Below are positions 13,000-22,320 of a stretch of DNA of 64,000 nucleotides, one piece after another. Source of the stretch: a virus; the IMG/VR virus record IMGVR_UViG_3300045988_151351, positions 128,001 to 192,000 of that record, one strand, 5' to 3'. A program made the position numbers and the translations under genes. Numbering within the stretch: position 1 is the stretch's first letter; the number at the start of each line of letters is the position of its first letter. The notes below the pieces were generated by a model. The model was given only the letters and a program-made list of their open reading frames with translations, searched no databases and was not told the origin of the DNA.

Positions 13000-13190
13000 T
13001 TTACCTCCAGTCTATATAAATATTATATCGCAAATTTTCTCTTCTGTCAAAGAAAATTTTTAATCTTTTAAATAAAAGATTAAAAATTTTTTTAGATAAA
13101 TTAATAGAAATTGCCCATTTACAGAAATTTGACAATTTTAAAAAAATTTATTATAATATTTATAGAATAAGAAGATAGGAGGATTATATG
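13000..13190. promoter_or_regulatory. divergent AT-rich switch region between the minus-strand virion block and the plus-strand genes. Contains TTGACAATTTTAAAAAAATTTATTATAAT.
   Basis: TTGACA-N17-TATAAT reading rightward at about 13128-13165. No ORFs. Confidence 0.5.
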
Positions 13191-13556
13191 GAAGTATTAA
13201 GTATTATAAATATTATTTTTTTAATAATTATGGTAATTATTGAAGGATTAAAGTATGTTGTATTTATTTCTTTTAATACTTCTAATAATACCACATTAAG
13301 TCAAACAGAAACAGTATTAGGTAAAGTTATAAATAAATATCCTTGTACTGTTGGATTAAGTATTGTATTCAATGCTGATTTTGATGGTATAATTACAGAT
13401 TTTTCAAAATATGAAGATTATAATTTAATTGTATTCACAAGTTATAAGCCAGAAGATCCTCCTGAAGATTTAGCAGATATTAAAATGCTAACGCTTATTC
13501 CAAATTGTATAGTTTATGAATACGAAGGAGGATATTTTGATTGGGAGGAATTATAA
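13188..13556 (+). CDS. hypothetical membrane protein, 122 aa
   Basis: N-terminal hydrophobic helix. RBS AGGAGGATTAT. Confidence 0.5.
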   Translation: MEVLSIINIIFLIIMVIIEGLKYVVFISFNTSNNTTLSQTETVLGKVINKYPCTVGLSIVFNADFDGIITDFSKYEDYNLIVFTSYKPEDPPEDLADIKMLTLIPNCIVYEYEGGYFDWEEL

Positions 13557-13774
13557 TAGTTTTATTATGGGGAGTAATTTCTACCCTTGAATTTATAGAA
13601 TATGCTCCTTTTATTAAAGAAATAGAATCAAATAGTGATAAATTTATTGCTTTATTAATATTTTTAATTGGTGGTCCATTTTTTGCTATCACTAATGTTT
13701 TTAATTATATTTTAGATATATTAATGCCTGAAGGATGGAATGATGAAGATGACAGTGACAAATTCAATAAATAA
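13541..13774 (+). CDS. holin-like small membrane protein, 77 aa, two TM segments and an acidic C-terminus
   Basis: Two hydrophobic segments and a DEDDSD tail. Lies upstream of a cell-wall hydrolase gene. Confidence 0.45.
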   Translation: MGGIIIVLLWGVISTLEFIEYAPFIKEIESNSDKFIALLIFLIGGPFFAITNVFNYILDILMPEGWNDEDDSDKFNK

Positions 13775-14195
13775 AGTTAAAGAATATAACCAGAAAAATT
13801 GGATAGATCCTCTAACAAGAATTGCCCAAGCGCTCTCTCCACGTAGCACAGTATGTTTTTGTACAGACTACCGCAACAATAAATATCTCGCGCCACTTCT
13901 CAATGTACTGTTGGCGCATGACATTACCGTTCATCTGTGTAATAAGCATACTCCAGATATTTTTGATATGATCTCTGAATCAACTTTGACCATCGTTGAT
14001 TTCCCAGAAGGTGAGCATATCATTAATTGTTATCCTTTCACTCTTGGAGGATGGGCGACAAATAATCGCGGCATTCTTGATATTGGCAATAACTGTTTTA
14101 ATACAGAATTGCGCAAAGTATATCGGCCAATTTATAAAAAGCGCGAAAATGCTTATAAAGATATTTTAAATGCGCTAGAGGCAAGATGGGTATGA
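13740..14195 (+). CDS. hypothetical protein, 151 aa
   Basis: Intact ORF. Confidence 0.4.
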   Translation: MMKMTVTNSINKVKEYNQKNWIDPLTRIAQALSPRSTVCFCTDYRNNKYLAPLLNVLLAHDITVHLCNKHTPDIFDMISESTLTIVDFPEGEHIINCYPFTLGGWATNNRGILDIGNNCFNTELRKVYRPIYKKRENAYKDILNALEARWV

Positions 14196-14590
14196 TGATT
14201 ACTGATTTTGAATGGAAAGTAAGTCTTTGGGAACGCGAATTTACTTTATATGAAAGTAAGAAATTAAATTTAGAAAATCCATTTTAGATTTAGACTACTT
14301 TTACTCCCATTGAACGTGAAGACGGTACTACTAATTATACTTTTGATGGCACTTAGAAGCGCAAACATTTTACTGATGAAGATAAACAAAAATGGTGTCG
14401 TTTAAAAAATGAATATGTAATTGTGCGAGTGGCGCAAGAATATGGCTTTGAAAAGGCATGGAATTATTGTAATAATTGTAGTAATCCTACAGAATTATAG
14501 ACTTTCCTTTTAATGAAGTGTAAACCTTGCTTTTTTGATGGGCAATGTATGCTAGAATGTAAATTTTATGATAAAGGATGTAAAGAAAAA
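14192..14590 (+). CDS. hypothetical Cys-containing protein, about 132 aa, with 4 in-frame TAG codons
   Basis: Hand translation from the ATG at 14192 reads through four TAGs to a TGA overlapping the next ATG (ATGA). Confidence 0.45.
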
Positions 14591-15168
14591 TGAAAAAATT
14601 TATTATTATTTGTTTAGCTTTGTGCTTAATTTTATCTTTGTGCGGATTTACTTATGTCGGCAAAGATGTAGATGATGTTAAGGATAAAGCCCATCAAATT
14701 GCTGAATTGGCTCGTTCTATTGGACTTCCAGAAGATGATCCTATTATTGTAAGAGCGCAAGAAATTTATGATGACGTAACTGAAGTGCGGCATGCAGTTC
14801 CCTATACAGACGCGGAATTGAAGATGTTAGCTAATGTTGTTCATTATGAAAGTAAAGGCTGTCCTGATTGGCATCAACAAGTAGTTGCTCGAATTGTTAT
14901 TAATAGAATGTTAGATAAAGATTTTCCAGATACTATTGAAGGCGTAATTACTCAACCGGGCGCTTATTTGGAATGGTATGCGCGTGCGAATCCTGCTGAT
15001 ATTGAAGATAGATGTTATGAAAATGCGCGATTAGCTTTAGAAGGATATGTTGATATTCCTTTGAATGTAGTATATCAGGCTCAATTTACACAAGGTAGCG
15101 GTATTTGGAAAAGCAGTTATGTAAATACTGGTTGGTGGGAAAGTACTACTTATTTTTGTTATAAGTAA
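14590..15168 (+). CDS. secreted lipoprotein cell-wall hydrolase of the SleB/Hydrolase_2 family; endolysin candidate
   Basis: Signal peptide with an LSLCG lipobox-like cysteine. Conserved block ANVVHYESKGCPDWHQQVVARIVINRM typical of SleB-like hydrolases. Confidence 0.6.
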   Translation: MKKFIIICLALCLILSLCGFTYVGKDVDDVKDKAHQIAELARSIGLPEDDPIIVRAQEIYDDVTEVRHAVPYTDAELKMLANVVHYESKGCPDWHQQVVARIVINRMLDKDFPDTIEGVITQPGAYLEWYARANPADIEDRCYENARLALEGYVDIPLNVVYQAQFTQGSGIWKSSYVNTGWWESTTYFCYK

Positions 15169-15178
15169 ATATTTTATA

Positions 15179-15262
15179 TTTCCGTGATTTGAAATCGAAA
15201 AATGTTTTTCCGTGATTTGAAATCGAAAAATGTTTTTCCGTGATTTGAAATCAAAAAATGTT
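15179..15262. repeat. 3 tandem copies of the 28-bp unit TCCGTGATTTGAAATCGAAAAATGTTTT, each with an internal GATTTnAAATC inverted repeat
   Basis: Direct reading. The third copy has one substitution. Confidence 0.85.
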
Positions 15263-15540
15263 TTGGAGAGAGTTTTGTCCAGCACATACTCAAAAATTAA
15301 AAATAAAAAAATTTTTTCCCATAATACACCCCGGGGTATTTCTAGCTGATTCTGTCCTGAGAAAATATTAGCAGTCTGTTGTCTTGATTTTCACAGAGCA
15401 AGCACAGCTTCATTTATACACCCCCGTCAAATAAAGCACAAAGAGTTTCCCTTACACCTTTAACCTTTCATTATCAATACAAACTCATGCCCCGCTTTGT
15501 GCTAATCAGTTAATCTATCTATCCAGAAGGAGAATGATAA

Positions 15541-15808
15541 TGTTGTCAATAATGCCAATGAATGTATCACGCAAGATTGATACATTAGGTCGAGTAGTTA
15601 TTCCAAAAGGAATCAGAGATACATACAAATTAAATATTGGGGATGAAGTTTATTTCTCTATTCTTAATAATGATGGATAGCAGTATGTGGGCATCAGTAA
15701 AACTAACGAAGACTTAGTGAAATACAAGATAGCAATGTAGGTGCTGCTCGACCTAGATCTTGATGTACCAGAAGAATTAGCAGAGAAAGTTGAGAATATA
15801 ATTGAATA
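15541..15808 (+). CDS. AbrB/MazE-family (SpoVT/AbrB swapped-hairpin) DNA-binding protein, about 88 aa, with 2 TAG codons
   Basis: N-terminus RKIDTLGRVVIPKGIRD is the canonical AbrB-N motif. Frame continues through TAGs to a TAA. Confidence 0.55.
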
Positions 15809-15939
15809 AGCAACTCTCACAATCTCAAGCTACTCAAAGACTGCGAGCACGTGCGCAAGCACGCAATAAGTATAATAATCTATACACATAATGAATAGCA
15901 CATAATAAATAGCACATAATAAATAACACATAATCATCA

Positions 15940-16100
15940 CATCAATAGGCTGCTCGGCGCGCTGGCGGGTGTGGCGCGCCGAGTTTGCGTATTATACAAA
16001 TGTCACAAAAATCTTCTGTGCTTTTTGTACAAAATTATCCCTTGACAGATTTCCCACAATGTGCTATACTATAGATACAGTAAAGGAAAGAGGTATTCAC
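15940..16100 (+). promoter_or_regulatory. composite regulatory element E1: GC-rich hairpin (CTCGGCGCGC...GCGCGCCGAG), A/T tract, then promoter TTGACAGATTTCCCACAATGTGCTATACT
   Basis: First of 7 similar elements spaced about 2 kb apart. Confidence 0.5.
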
Positions 16101-16101
16101 C

Positions 16102-16410
16102 ATGGAAGAAATCAGACGCCGCATGAACATCTTCAGCGCTATCAGCGCAGTCATTGTTGTCCTGCTCATTATCTTGCTCTGCCAGTATATTAAGGCACAC
16201 CCAGCTCAGAATGTCAATAACATCTATGCGAGAAGTGCAACCGTTTGTGAAGTCAATGGCAATGTCCAATTCTACACAGATGACGCGGGCAATGAATGGA
16301 GTACTACAGACGAAAATGTGTCCGTTGGTGACAAGGTTCTTCTGGTAATGAATACCATGGGAACATCACCCATCTGTGACGATGAAATCATCGAGGTTAG
16401 AGCACGCTAA
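16102..16410 (+). CDS. early small membrane protein, 102 aa
   Basis: Own promoter and RBS. N-terminal TM helix. Confidence 0.5.
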   Translation: MEEIRRRMNIFSAISAVIVVLLIILLCQYIKAHPAQNVNNIYARSATVCEVNGNVQFYTDDAGNEWSTTDENVSVGDKVLLVMNTMGTSPICDDEIIEVRAR

Positions 16411-16524
16411 GCAAAGCGTGCTCTTTCTGCATCTGTTAGTCTCCGCACACGATAGTGAGTTCCCGGAACTTCACCAAGCTAAAGTAGTAAAGAAAAATTC
16501 TGTGAAATATTTGCGCAAAAAGGC

Positions 16525-16553
16525 TTGACAAAGCGTTCCCGAAATGCTATAAT
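16525..16553 (+). promoter_or_regulatory. early-class promoter TTGACAAAG-N-TGCTATAAT (representative of about 30)
   Basis: Perfect -35 and extended -10, followed by the conserved leader ACAGATACAAGGTAAGGAAATGAGG. Confidence 0.6.
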
Positions 16554-16588
16554 ACAGATACAAGGTAAGGAAATGAGGTATTACACAA

Positions 16589-16788
16589 TGACTACTATCC
16601 AGGTGCTGTACTCGATTATTATTTGGAGCTTTTCTCTTTTTCTCTGTGCTACGCTTGTAATTAACATGAGAGAGTTTATCAAGACTTCTATCAGTTGGAA
16701 ATACGATTGGCCTGTTATTGTTCTTTGGGTATGCGAGTTGGCCCTGACTGTTATTCTTATCTTAGTCCCATTTATTTTCTTTATGTGA
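16589..16788 (+). CDS. early small membrane protein, about 66 aa, 2 TM
   Basis: ATG after RBS; hydrophobic. Confidence 0.45.
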
Positions 16789-16884
16789 TAGGGAATAACC
16801 CTTATCACATTAAGAAAGATAGTTCTTGACAACTATCACATTCTGTGCTATAATACAGATACAAAGTAAAGAGAGGTAATAATC

Positions 16885-17022
16885 ATGTTTGAGTTTGGTA
16901 TCCTGAACATTAACACTCAGGAAGAAAGAATTATCTTTGGATACAATGGAATTGACGCTTTCCGCAGATACAATCTTGATGCGGCTAAATGGAAAGTTCT
17001 GTATTCTGAATACGTTGATTAA
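16885..17022 (+). CDS. early micro-protein, 45 aa
   Basis: Promoter at 16826-16854 and conserved RBS. Confidence 0.35.
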   Translation: MFEFGILNINTQEERIIFGYNGIDAFRRYNLDAAKWKVLYSEYVD

Positions 17023-17039
17023 GAAAGGGATAAATAAAA

Positions 17040-17201
17040 TGGTTGGTTTGATGAAATACGAATGCGGTCTGAAATTCACTGGTTGTGTCTTTGAGGACAA
17101 AGAAACAGCTGAAAAATTTATTTATGATAATGGACTAAATCCCGAAGCTTATGAGCTTATTCCCGTCGCAGGTTATTTTAAAAATGGTGAAATAAAATAA
17201 A
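17040..17201 (+). CDS. early micro-protein, 53 aa
   Basis: RBS GAAAGGGATAAATAAAATG. Confidence 0.35.
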
Positions 17202-17269
17202 ATTAGGGCTTGACAAACCGCAATCTTCATGCTATAATTAAGACACAAAGAACAAAGGAGATAACAACA

Positions 17270-17464
17270 ATGACTGACAACTACAACACTTACTACAACA
17301 AGCTTATGGGCATGAAGAAAGCGGACATTATCCGCGAAGGTCAGACTTGGGATATTTGGGCGAACTGCCAGAGCACCGCCGCTTGGCTGATGAAACAGTC
17401 TAAGACTTGGCTGGCTGGTGTCCTTGCTGGTCGGCTGTGCCGCTTGGAAAATCGGGGCTACTAA
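17270..17464 (+). CDS. early small protein, 64 aa
   Basis: Promoter at 17208-17240. Followed by a terminator. Confidence 0.45.
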   Translation: MTDNYNTYYNKLMGMKKADIIREGQTWDIWANCQSTAAWLMKQSKTWLAGVLAGRLCRLENRGY

Positions 17465-17480
17465 ACCCCCGATTTTCCGT
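17441..17480 (+). terminator. rho-independent terminator (AAATCGGGG-loop-CCCCGATTTT)
   Basis: Hairpin plus T-run. Confidence 0.6.
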
Positions 17481-17571
17481 TGCGGCTTTGGACTTCTGAA
17501 ATAAACACTTGACAGCCAGCCATTCATGTGCTATAATAAAGGCACAAAGTTAAGAAGTGAGGTAAAATAAA

Positions 17572-17766
17572 ATGCTGTTCATCATCTCTGCTGTTTACTA
17601 CAATTATAGACCTGACGACAATAACCGCTATCGTTGCGAGACTACAGTTGTAGGTCAAGACAATGCCTATGAACTGGGACAGAAATTTATGGACGCTGAT
17701 AATGTTCTTTCAGTGGATATTATTGACGCTATGACTGGTGAGGTGATTGAAAGCTGGACAGAGTAA
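17572..17766 (+). CDS. early small protein, 64 aa
   Basis: Promoter at 17508-17545; ORF; terminator. Confidence 0.45.
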   Translation: MLFIISAVYYNYRPDDNNRYRCETTVVGQDNAYELGQKFMDADNVLSVDIIDAMTGEVIESWTE

Positions 17767-17776
17767 TAAAATACCA

Positions 17777-17815
17777 ATTCAGCGGAATGAACAAATTCCG
17801 CTGAATTTTTTTATT
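17777..17815 (+). terminator. rho-independent terminator (CAGCGGAATgaacaaATTCCGCTG + T-run)
   Basis: Hairpin plus T7. Confidence 0.75.
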
Positions 17816-17849
17816 TATTTTGTCTATTGACAAATCCAATAGAATGTGA

Positions 17850-18044
17850 TAAAATGGGCGCGCCGGCCACAATCGCCACTGGCCGGCATTTTATTATAAC
17901 ATACCGCCAGCCAATTTGTCAAGGGGAAAATCGCACAAATATTACACAAAAAATTCTCCCGAAATTTGTGCGTTTTGCCAATAGACAAACAGAATAGCAT
18001 AGTGTATAATAAAGATACAAAGTTAAGGAACGAGGTAATTCACA
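17850..18044 (+). promoter_or_regulatory. composite regulatory element E2: GC hairpin GCCGGCC..GGCCGGC, conserved box CATTTTATTATAACATACCGCCAGCCAATTTGTCAAGGGG, then promoter TAGACA-N16-TGTATAAT
   Basis: Conserved with E3 and E7. Confidence 0.5.
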
Positions 18045-18212
18045 ATGACTATGAACGCACTTGCTGAGAAATTGTCCGCATGGCTCGACCGCTATGGCTG
18101 GGATGATGAAAGCCTGAATAATTTTGCCAACATCCATGCGACTTCCTACGAAGAATACAATGCGATTTGGGAAGTTTTGGAAGAACTGAAAAAAATGCGT
18201 GATGGGGATTGA
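18045..18212 (+). CDS. early micro-protein, 55 aa
   Basis: Conserved RBS. Confidence 0.4.
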   Translation: MTMNALAEKLSAWLDRYGWDDESLNNFANIHATSYEEYNAIWEVLEELKKMRDGD

Positions 18213-18269
18213 CAAAGTCCCCATTCCATGCTATAATAAATATACAAATTAAGAAAGGAATTGAATACA

Positions 18270-18488
18270 ATGGATTTCAAGAAAATGAGCGCAGGTGCAG
18301 CATTCGGCAAAATTCTTTACACAGTTGGCAAGTGGTTCGCAACTGCCGCTTTGATCTGGTGGGGCTGGAACATTTTTGCCTGGCACTTTGATCTGCCGCA
18401 GTTCGAGTACATGGAAATCTTTGCCATGCGTATGGCTCTGACCTGTATCATGAAAATTTTCTGGCAGAGAACTGACAAAGGGGATTGA
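18270..18488 (+). CDS. early small membrane protein, about 72 aa
   Basis: Promoter at 18210-18245. Trp-rich TM. Confidence 0.45.
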   Translation: MDFKKMSAGAAFGKILYTVGKWFATAALIWWGWNIFAWHFDLPQFEYMEIFAMRMALTCIMKIFWQRTDKGD

Positions 18489-18545
18489 CAAACAATCCCC
18501 CATGTGCTATAATAAATTCAGAAATTAAGAAAGGAATTGATAATA

Positions 18546-19007
18546 ATGAAAGCAACAGGAATTATCCGCAGAATTGATGAATTGGGGCGCGTAGTTATCC
18601 CCAAGGAAATCCGCCGCACTATCCGAATCCGCGAAGGTGACCCGCTGGAGATTTTCGTTGAAGGTGGCGCAGTCATTTTCAAGAAATACCAGACAATGGG
18701 AAATCTTGAAACTCAGTGTAATGTGCTTTGTGACACATTCCAAAAAATGTCCAGTGCGTGCGCAGTCTTTGATACTGATGGTGAATTGTTCGCGTCAAAT
18801 TCACAGTTCCGCTTTGCCTTTGCCGCCAACATGCCCAAGTTGCCGAAAGATTTAATTGGTTGCCGTGAAATTCTTGAACGCAATCACATGATTTTCATGC
18901 CAATTATCGCTGATGGGGAAATACTGGGAACTCTGGCAGTTGAAACCGATAACCGCGAAATGGTTCAATTTGCGGCAAGAAATTTGGCTGAACAGTCGAA
19001 AAATTAA
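18546..19007 (+). CDS. SpoVT/AbrB-family regulator, about 153 aa: AbrB-N domain plus a C-terminal GAF-like domain
   Basis: RRIDELGRVVIPKEIRRTIRIREGD is the AbrB-N signature. Length and architecture resemble SpoVT. Own promoter at 18484-18520. Confidence 0.6.
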   Translation: MKATGIIRRIDELGRVVIPKEIRRTIRIREGDPLEIFVEGGAVIFKKYQTMGNLETQCNVLCDTFQKMSSACAVFDTDGELFASNSQFRFAFAANMPKLPKDLIGCREILERNHMIFMPIIADGEILGTLAVETDNREMVQFAARNLAEQSKN

Positions 19008-19069
19008 GTCTTGACAAACCAGCCGGTCTATGATACAATAATGATACAAAAGAAAGCGAGGTACTTACA

Positions 19070-19228
19070 ATGAAAATGGTTATCTTCACTCTGGTAATTG
19101 CTATCCTTGTCATTGACTGGCTGGTTGCTATTTTGGAATTTGCTACCGGTCACAAGAAAAGCATTGTTGATGTTATCATCCGTTCATTCCTTCTTTTTGC
19201 CGTGCCTTTTATCGTCCAGTGGTTCTAA
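19070..19228 (+). CDS. early micro-membrane protein, 52 aa
   Basis: Promoter at 19010-19045; hydrophobic. Confidence 0.4.
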   Translation: MKMVIFTLVIAILVIDWLVAILEFATGHKKSIVDVIIRSFLLFAVPFIVQWF

Positions 19229-19374
19229 CTACTGGGCGATAAAATTCACTATTGACAAAATAATAAAAATGTGATATAATAATTATACAATAAAAAAAGG
19301 AATTGATAACATGAATTTTCTATTCAATTTGCCTATTGACATTTTTGATTGCGTATGCTATAATTAAATGATAA

Positions 19375-19568
19375 GAAAATTGCAGCCGCCCGCCGACGTT
19401 TGCCAGCCCCGGTATTTCCATTATAACACCGGCCAGCCATTTTGTCAAGCGAAAAATTGAACAAAAATGAAAAAATATTTGATCCCGAATTTGTGTATTC
19501 TACCAATAGACAAAAAGAAAAACAGGGTGTATAATAAGGGTACAAAGTTAAGGAATGAGGTACTTGAA
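19375..19568 (+). promoter_or_regulatory. composite regulatory element E3 (GC-rich segment, box CCATTATAACACCGGCCAGCCATTTTGTCAAGCG, promoter TAGACA..TGTATAAT)
   Basis: Conserved with E2 and E7. Confidence 0.5.
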
Positions 19569-19748
19569 ATGAGTAAGCGTGAAATGGTCCGCATGATTAA
19601 CGACCGCACTGGTGAAATCGTTGACAAGTTTTTTGATGATTCCGCCGATGCTGATGATCTTGAATTTCTTCTGGACATGATGCAAGTCCATTATCAGCGG
19701 TGGAGCGATGGCGAAATTCTTTATGAAGAAAATGATACAAGGGCTTGA
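19569..19748 (+). CDS. early acidic micro-protein, 59 aa
   Basis: RBS AAGGAATGAGG. Confidence 0.4.
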   Translation: MSKREMVRMINDRTGEIVDKFFDDSADADDLEFLLDMMQVHYQRWSDGEILYEENDTRA

Positions 19749-19806
19749 CAAACAAGCCCCCTATGTGATATAATCAATACAGAAATTAAGGAATGAGGTA
19801 ACTACA

Positions 19807-20019
19807 ATGAAGAACTTCACTATTGACGCTTACATCAAACAGCAGTTGATTTTTGCTGAGACTATGCCTACCGATGCCGAACTGTTCGAGCACAACGCTC
19901 TTGGCGCTATCGAGTGGGATGCTTATGTAAATGGCACTAACCCCGAACTTGAGCGCCGTTGGACTGAAAACTACAAACCCGCCTTTGAAAAGATTATTCG
20001 GGGGGTTTTCCATGGATGA
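19807..20019 (+). CDS. early small protein, 70 aa
   Basis: Promoter at 19745-19780. Confidence 0.45.
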   Translation: MKNFTIDAYIKQQLIFAETMPTDAELFEHNALGAIEWDAYVNGTNPELERRWTENYKPAFEKIIRGVFHG

Positions 20020-20212
20020 TCTGAAAAAAGGGACTTGTAAGGATTTTACAGCGTGGGACTTAAACTGTCCCCGCTATGTAAAACCTGACAACAAACTGAG
20101 AAAAAAATTCGTGCGGAAATATCGCAGAAATTCAAAACTGGCTCTTGACAAACAGGTAAAAACGTGCTATAATCAAGATACAAAAACGGAAAGGAATGAA
20201 AACAATGATTAA
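20014..20212 (+). CDS. basic K/R-rich micro-protein, about 66 aa; its coding sequence overlaps the next promoter
   Basis: ATGGATGA overlap with the preceding stop. Confidence 0.25.
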
Positions 20213-20675
20213 AGAAATCGTATTCGACATGGACGGAACTATCGCTGACCTGTATGGCGTTGAGAACTGGCTGGAAATGCTGAGAACATCCGACCCGACC
20301 CCGTATGAAATCGCAGAACCCCTGATTGACATGGCAGAACTTGCCAATCTGCTTTCCCAGTGTCGTGTTATCGGGATTGAAATTTCCGTGGTAACTTGGC
20401 TGAGCAAGGTTTCCACTCCCGACTATGATAAAGCGGTGAGAAAAGCGAAAAAAGAATGGCTGAACAACCATGATTTTCCTTTTGACCATTTCCACGGAGT
20501 CAAGTATGGAACACCGAAACATCAGGTAGTCAAGCAGGAACTTCCAAAAGATGGAACAGCACTGATTTTCGATGATGACGCGCGAGTGCGGAACGCTTGG
20601 ACGCTTGGCGAAGCAATCGACCCCACAAAAGAAAATATCATTGAAATCCTGCGGAATATTTTGGAAGCGCGCTAA
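20205..20675 (+). CDS. HAD-superfamily 5'(3')-deoxyribonucleotidase-like hydrolase, about 156 aa
   Basis: Motif I FDMDGTIADL (DxDGT). Size and layout match the phage NT5C-type nucleotidase family. Confidence 0.55.
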   Translation: MIKEIVFDMDGTIADLYGVENWLEMLRTSDPTPYEIAEPLIDMAELANLLSQCRVIGIEISVVTWLSKVSTPDYDKAVRKAKKEWLNNHDFPFDHFHGVKYGTPKHQVVKQELPKDGTALIFDDDARVRNAWTLGEAIDPTKENIIEILRNILEAR

Positions 20676-20788
20676 GCGCTTCCAAAGAAAGGAAATAATA
20701 AAATGAATGACGAACAGCTTGACATTTTGCTTGAAGAAGCAACAGACATTAAAATTTTGATTGCCTTGGGCTGAAAGGATGGGTAAAA

Positions 20789-21079
20789 ATGGAAACAAAG
20801 TTTATTTGGGTAGTTAATTTTGGCGATAATGATTTTGATGATTTGAATTGCGCATTTGACAATTTCAAAACTGCAAAAGAAGCAGTACAGACAATTTTTG
20901 GCAAGGTTTCCGCAGTAAACCCTGCTTGGCAGAATTTTAAGCTGGAAGATGAAGACACTGAAAATGAATGGGCAGTCTATGCATTTGACTATGTTGATGA
21001 AGACGCCCACCTTTTGGTAAATCCTCACATTGACATTGTCGTAGCTCCAATACCTTACAATTCTCTTCCTATTGATTGA
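20789..21079 (+). CDS. early small protein, 96 aa
   Basis: Intact ORF followed by a terminator. Confidence 0.45.
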   Translation: METKFIWVVNFGDNDFDDLNCAFDNFKTAKEAVQTIFGKVSAVNPAWQNFKLEDEDTENEWAVYAFDYVDEDAHLLVNPHIDIVVAPIPYNSLPID

Positions 21080-21120
21080 AAATTTTGGGAATCCAGATTT
21101 TGGATTCCCAATTTTTTTTC
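21079..21120 (+). terminator. rho-independent terminator (GGGAATCCAGATTTTGGATTCCC + T8)
   Basis: Perfect hairpin plus T-run. Confidence 0.8.
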
Positions 21121-21139
21121 GATTCATTTTTTGGAAATA

Positions 21140-21595
21140 GTTGTAAAATGACAGCCGCGCGGTCACGATTGTGTGGCCGCGCCATTTTGTCAAGAGGGAA
21201 TACTCACTAATTTTTTGAGCGGATTTTTGTGCATCTTGCCAATAGACAGAAATCCTGAAATGTGGTATACTCTATAATGTCAAGGGGAGAGAATGAAAAA
21301 AACTTTATCTCCCTCGTGGGAGATTAGGTGTCAGTCAGTCCCACCCACTCGAAAAAAAATGTAAAAAACCCCTTGACAAACCCCACGGAATGTGGTACAA
21401 TAAAGACGTCAAGAGGGAACAGCGATTAAAAAGTGCTTGGTATCATTAGCCGGGCTACACAACTTCCGCGGTTCGTGTGTAAAAAAAATAAAATTCCCTC
21501 TTGACAAACAGCTCCTGATGTGTTATAATCAATACAGAAATTAAGGATAGGGGAAACGATGGTAAGCCCCATCCAAAAGAAAGGAATTACCAAAA
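21140..21595 (+). promoter_or_regulatory. composite element E4 plus a cluster of three tandem promoters, each followed by a short hairpin transcript whose 3' arm overlaps the next -35
   Basis: Promoters at about 21247-21275, 21372-21400 and 21483-21512. Hairpins GTCAAGGGGAG../..CCCCTTGAC and CAAGAGGGAA../..TTCCCTCTTG. Confidence 0.5.
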
Positions 21596-22252
21596 ATGCC
21601 CAAAAATATCTACTGTACGCTGGACACTGAGACAGTCGGTGGCAGTTCTAACCCGACCGGAATGTATAACGCGGGTGCTGTCATTCACGACAAGGATGGT
21701 AACATTTTGGCAACAACTTCCATCCTTATCATGGAACATTATGACAGCATCAACAAAGACGATTATGCTAAGAAGCATTTTCCGATCTATGAAGCTCGTT
21801 TGACAAGTGGCACAATTTCCGCGGTAGCTACCGAAGCCGAAGCTGTATCCATCGTGCGCAACCTCTGTCGGTTCTATGGTGTAAAGTATGTTATGGCATA
21901 CAATAGCTGTTTCGATTTCATTAAGACACCTTTTGCCGCGCTTCTAGATGAATTTGAGTTTATCGACCTTTATTTGATGGCTTTACAGACCATCACGCAC
22001 CAGAAAGGCTTTGACAAATTCTGCCATGAAAATAATTTCGTTGCGCGAAGTGGCAGGTCTTGCGCGACGGGTGTTGAAGCGGTCTATGCCTACATCACCA
22101 GAAACCCCGACTTTGAAGAAGAACACACCGCACTTTCTGACGCACTGAATGAAATGGCAATTTTTGTTAAGTGCTATTCGCTCCATAAGCGCTTTACCAA
22201 AAACTGCCACCAGTGGAATTGCCACGAAAATAAAATGTTCCCCAAGTGGTAA
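21596..22252 (+). CDS. DEDDh 3'-5' exonuclease (DnaQ/RNase T-like), 218 aa
   Basis: Exo I CTLDTETVG, Exo II YNSCFDF and Exo III HTALSDALNEMAIF motifs. Confidence 0.6.
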   Translation: MPKNIYCTLDTETVGGSSNPTGMYNAGAVIHDKDGNILATTSILIMEHYDSINKDDYAKKHFPIYEARLTSGTISAVATEAEAVSIVRNLCRFYGVKYVMAYNSCFDFIKTPFAALLDEFEFIDLYLMALQTITHQKGFDKFCHENNFVARSGRSCATGVEAVYAYITRNPDFEEEHTALSDALNEMAIFVKCYSLHKRFTKNCHQWNCHENKMFPKW

Positions 22253-22320
22253 AAACCACTTGACAAACCCAATCAAATGTGATATAATCAATACAGAAAT
22301 TAAGAAAGGAATTGAATACC

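Noticed and set aside
15179-15262. Possible CRISPR array
   Set aside because: Only three contiguous 28-bp units with no spacers. It is a simple tandem repeat.
21290-21340. Micro-ORFs in the promoter clusters as real genes
   Set aside because: They are 11-16 codons long and overlap the hairpins. They are more likely non-coding leaders. Kept only as a note inside a finding.
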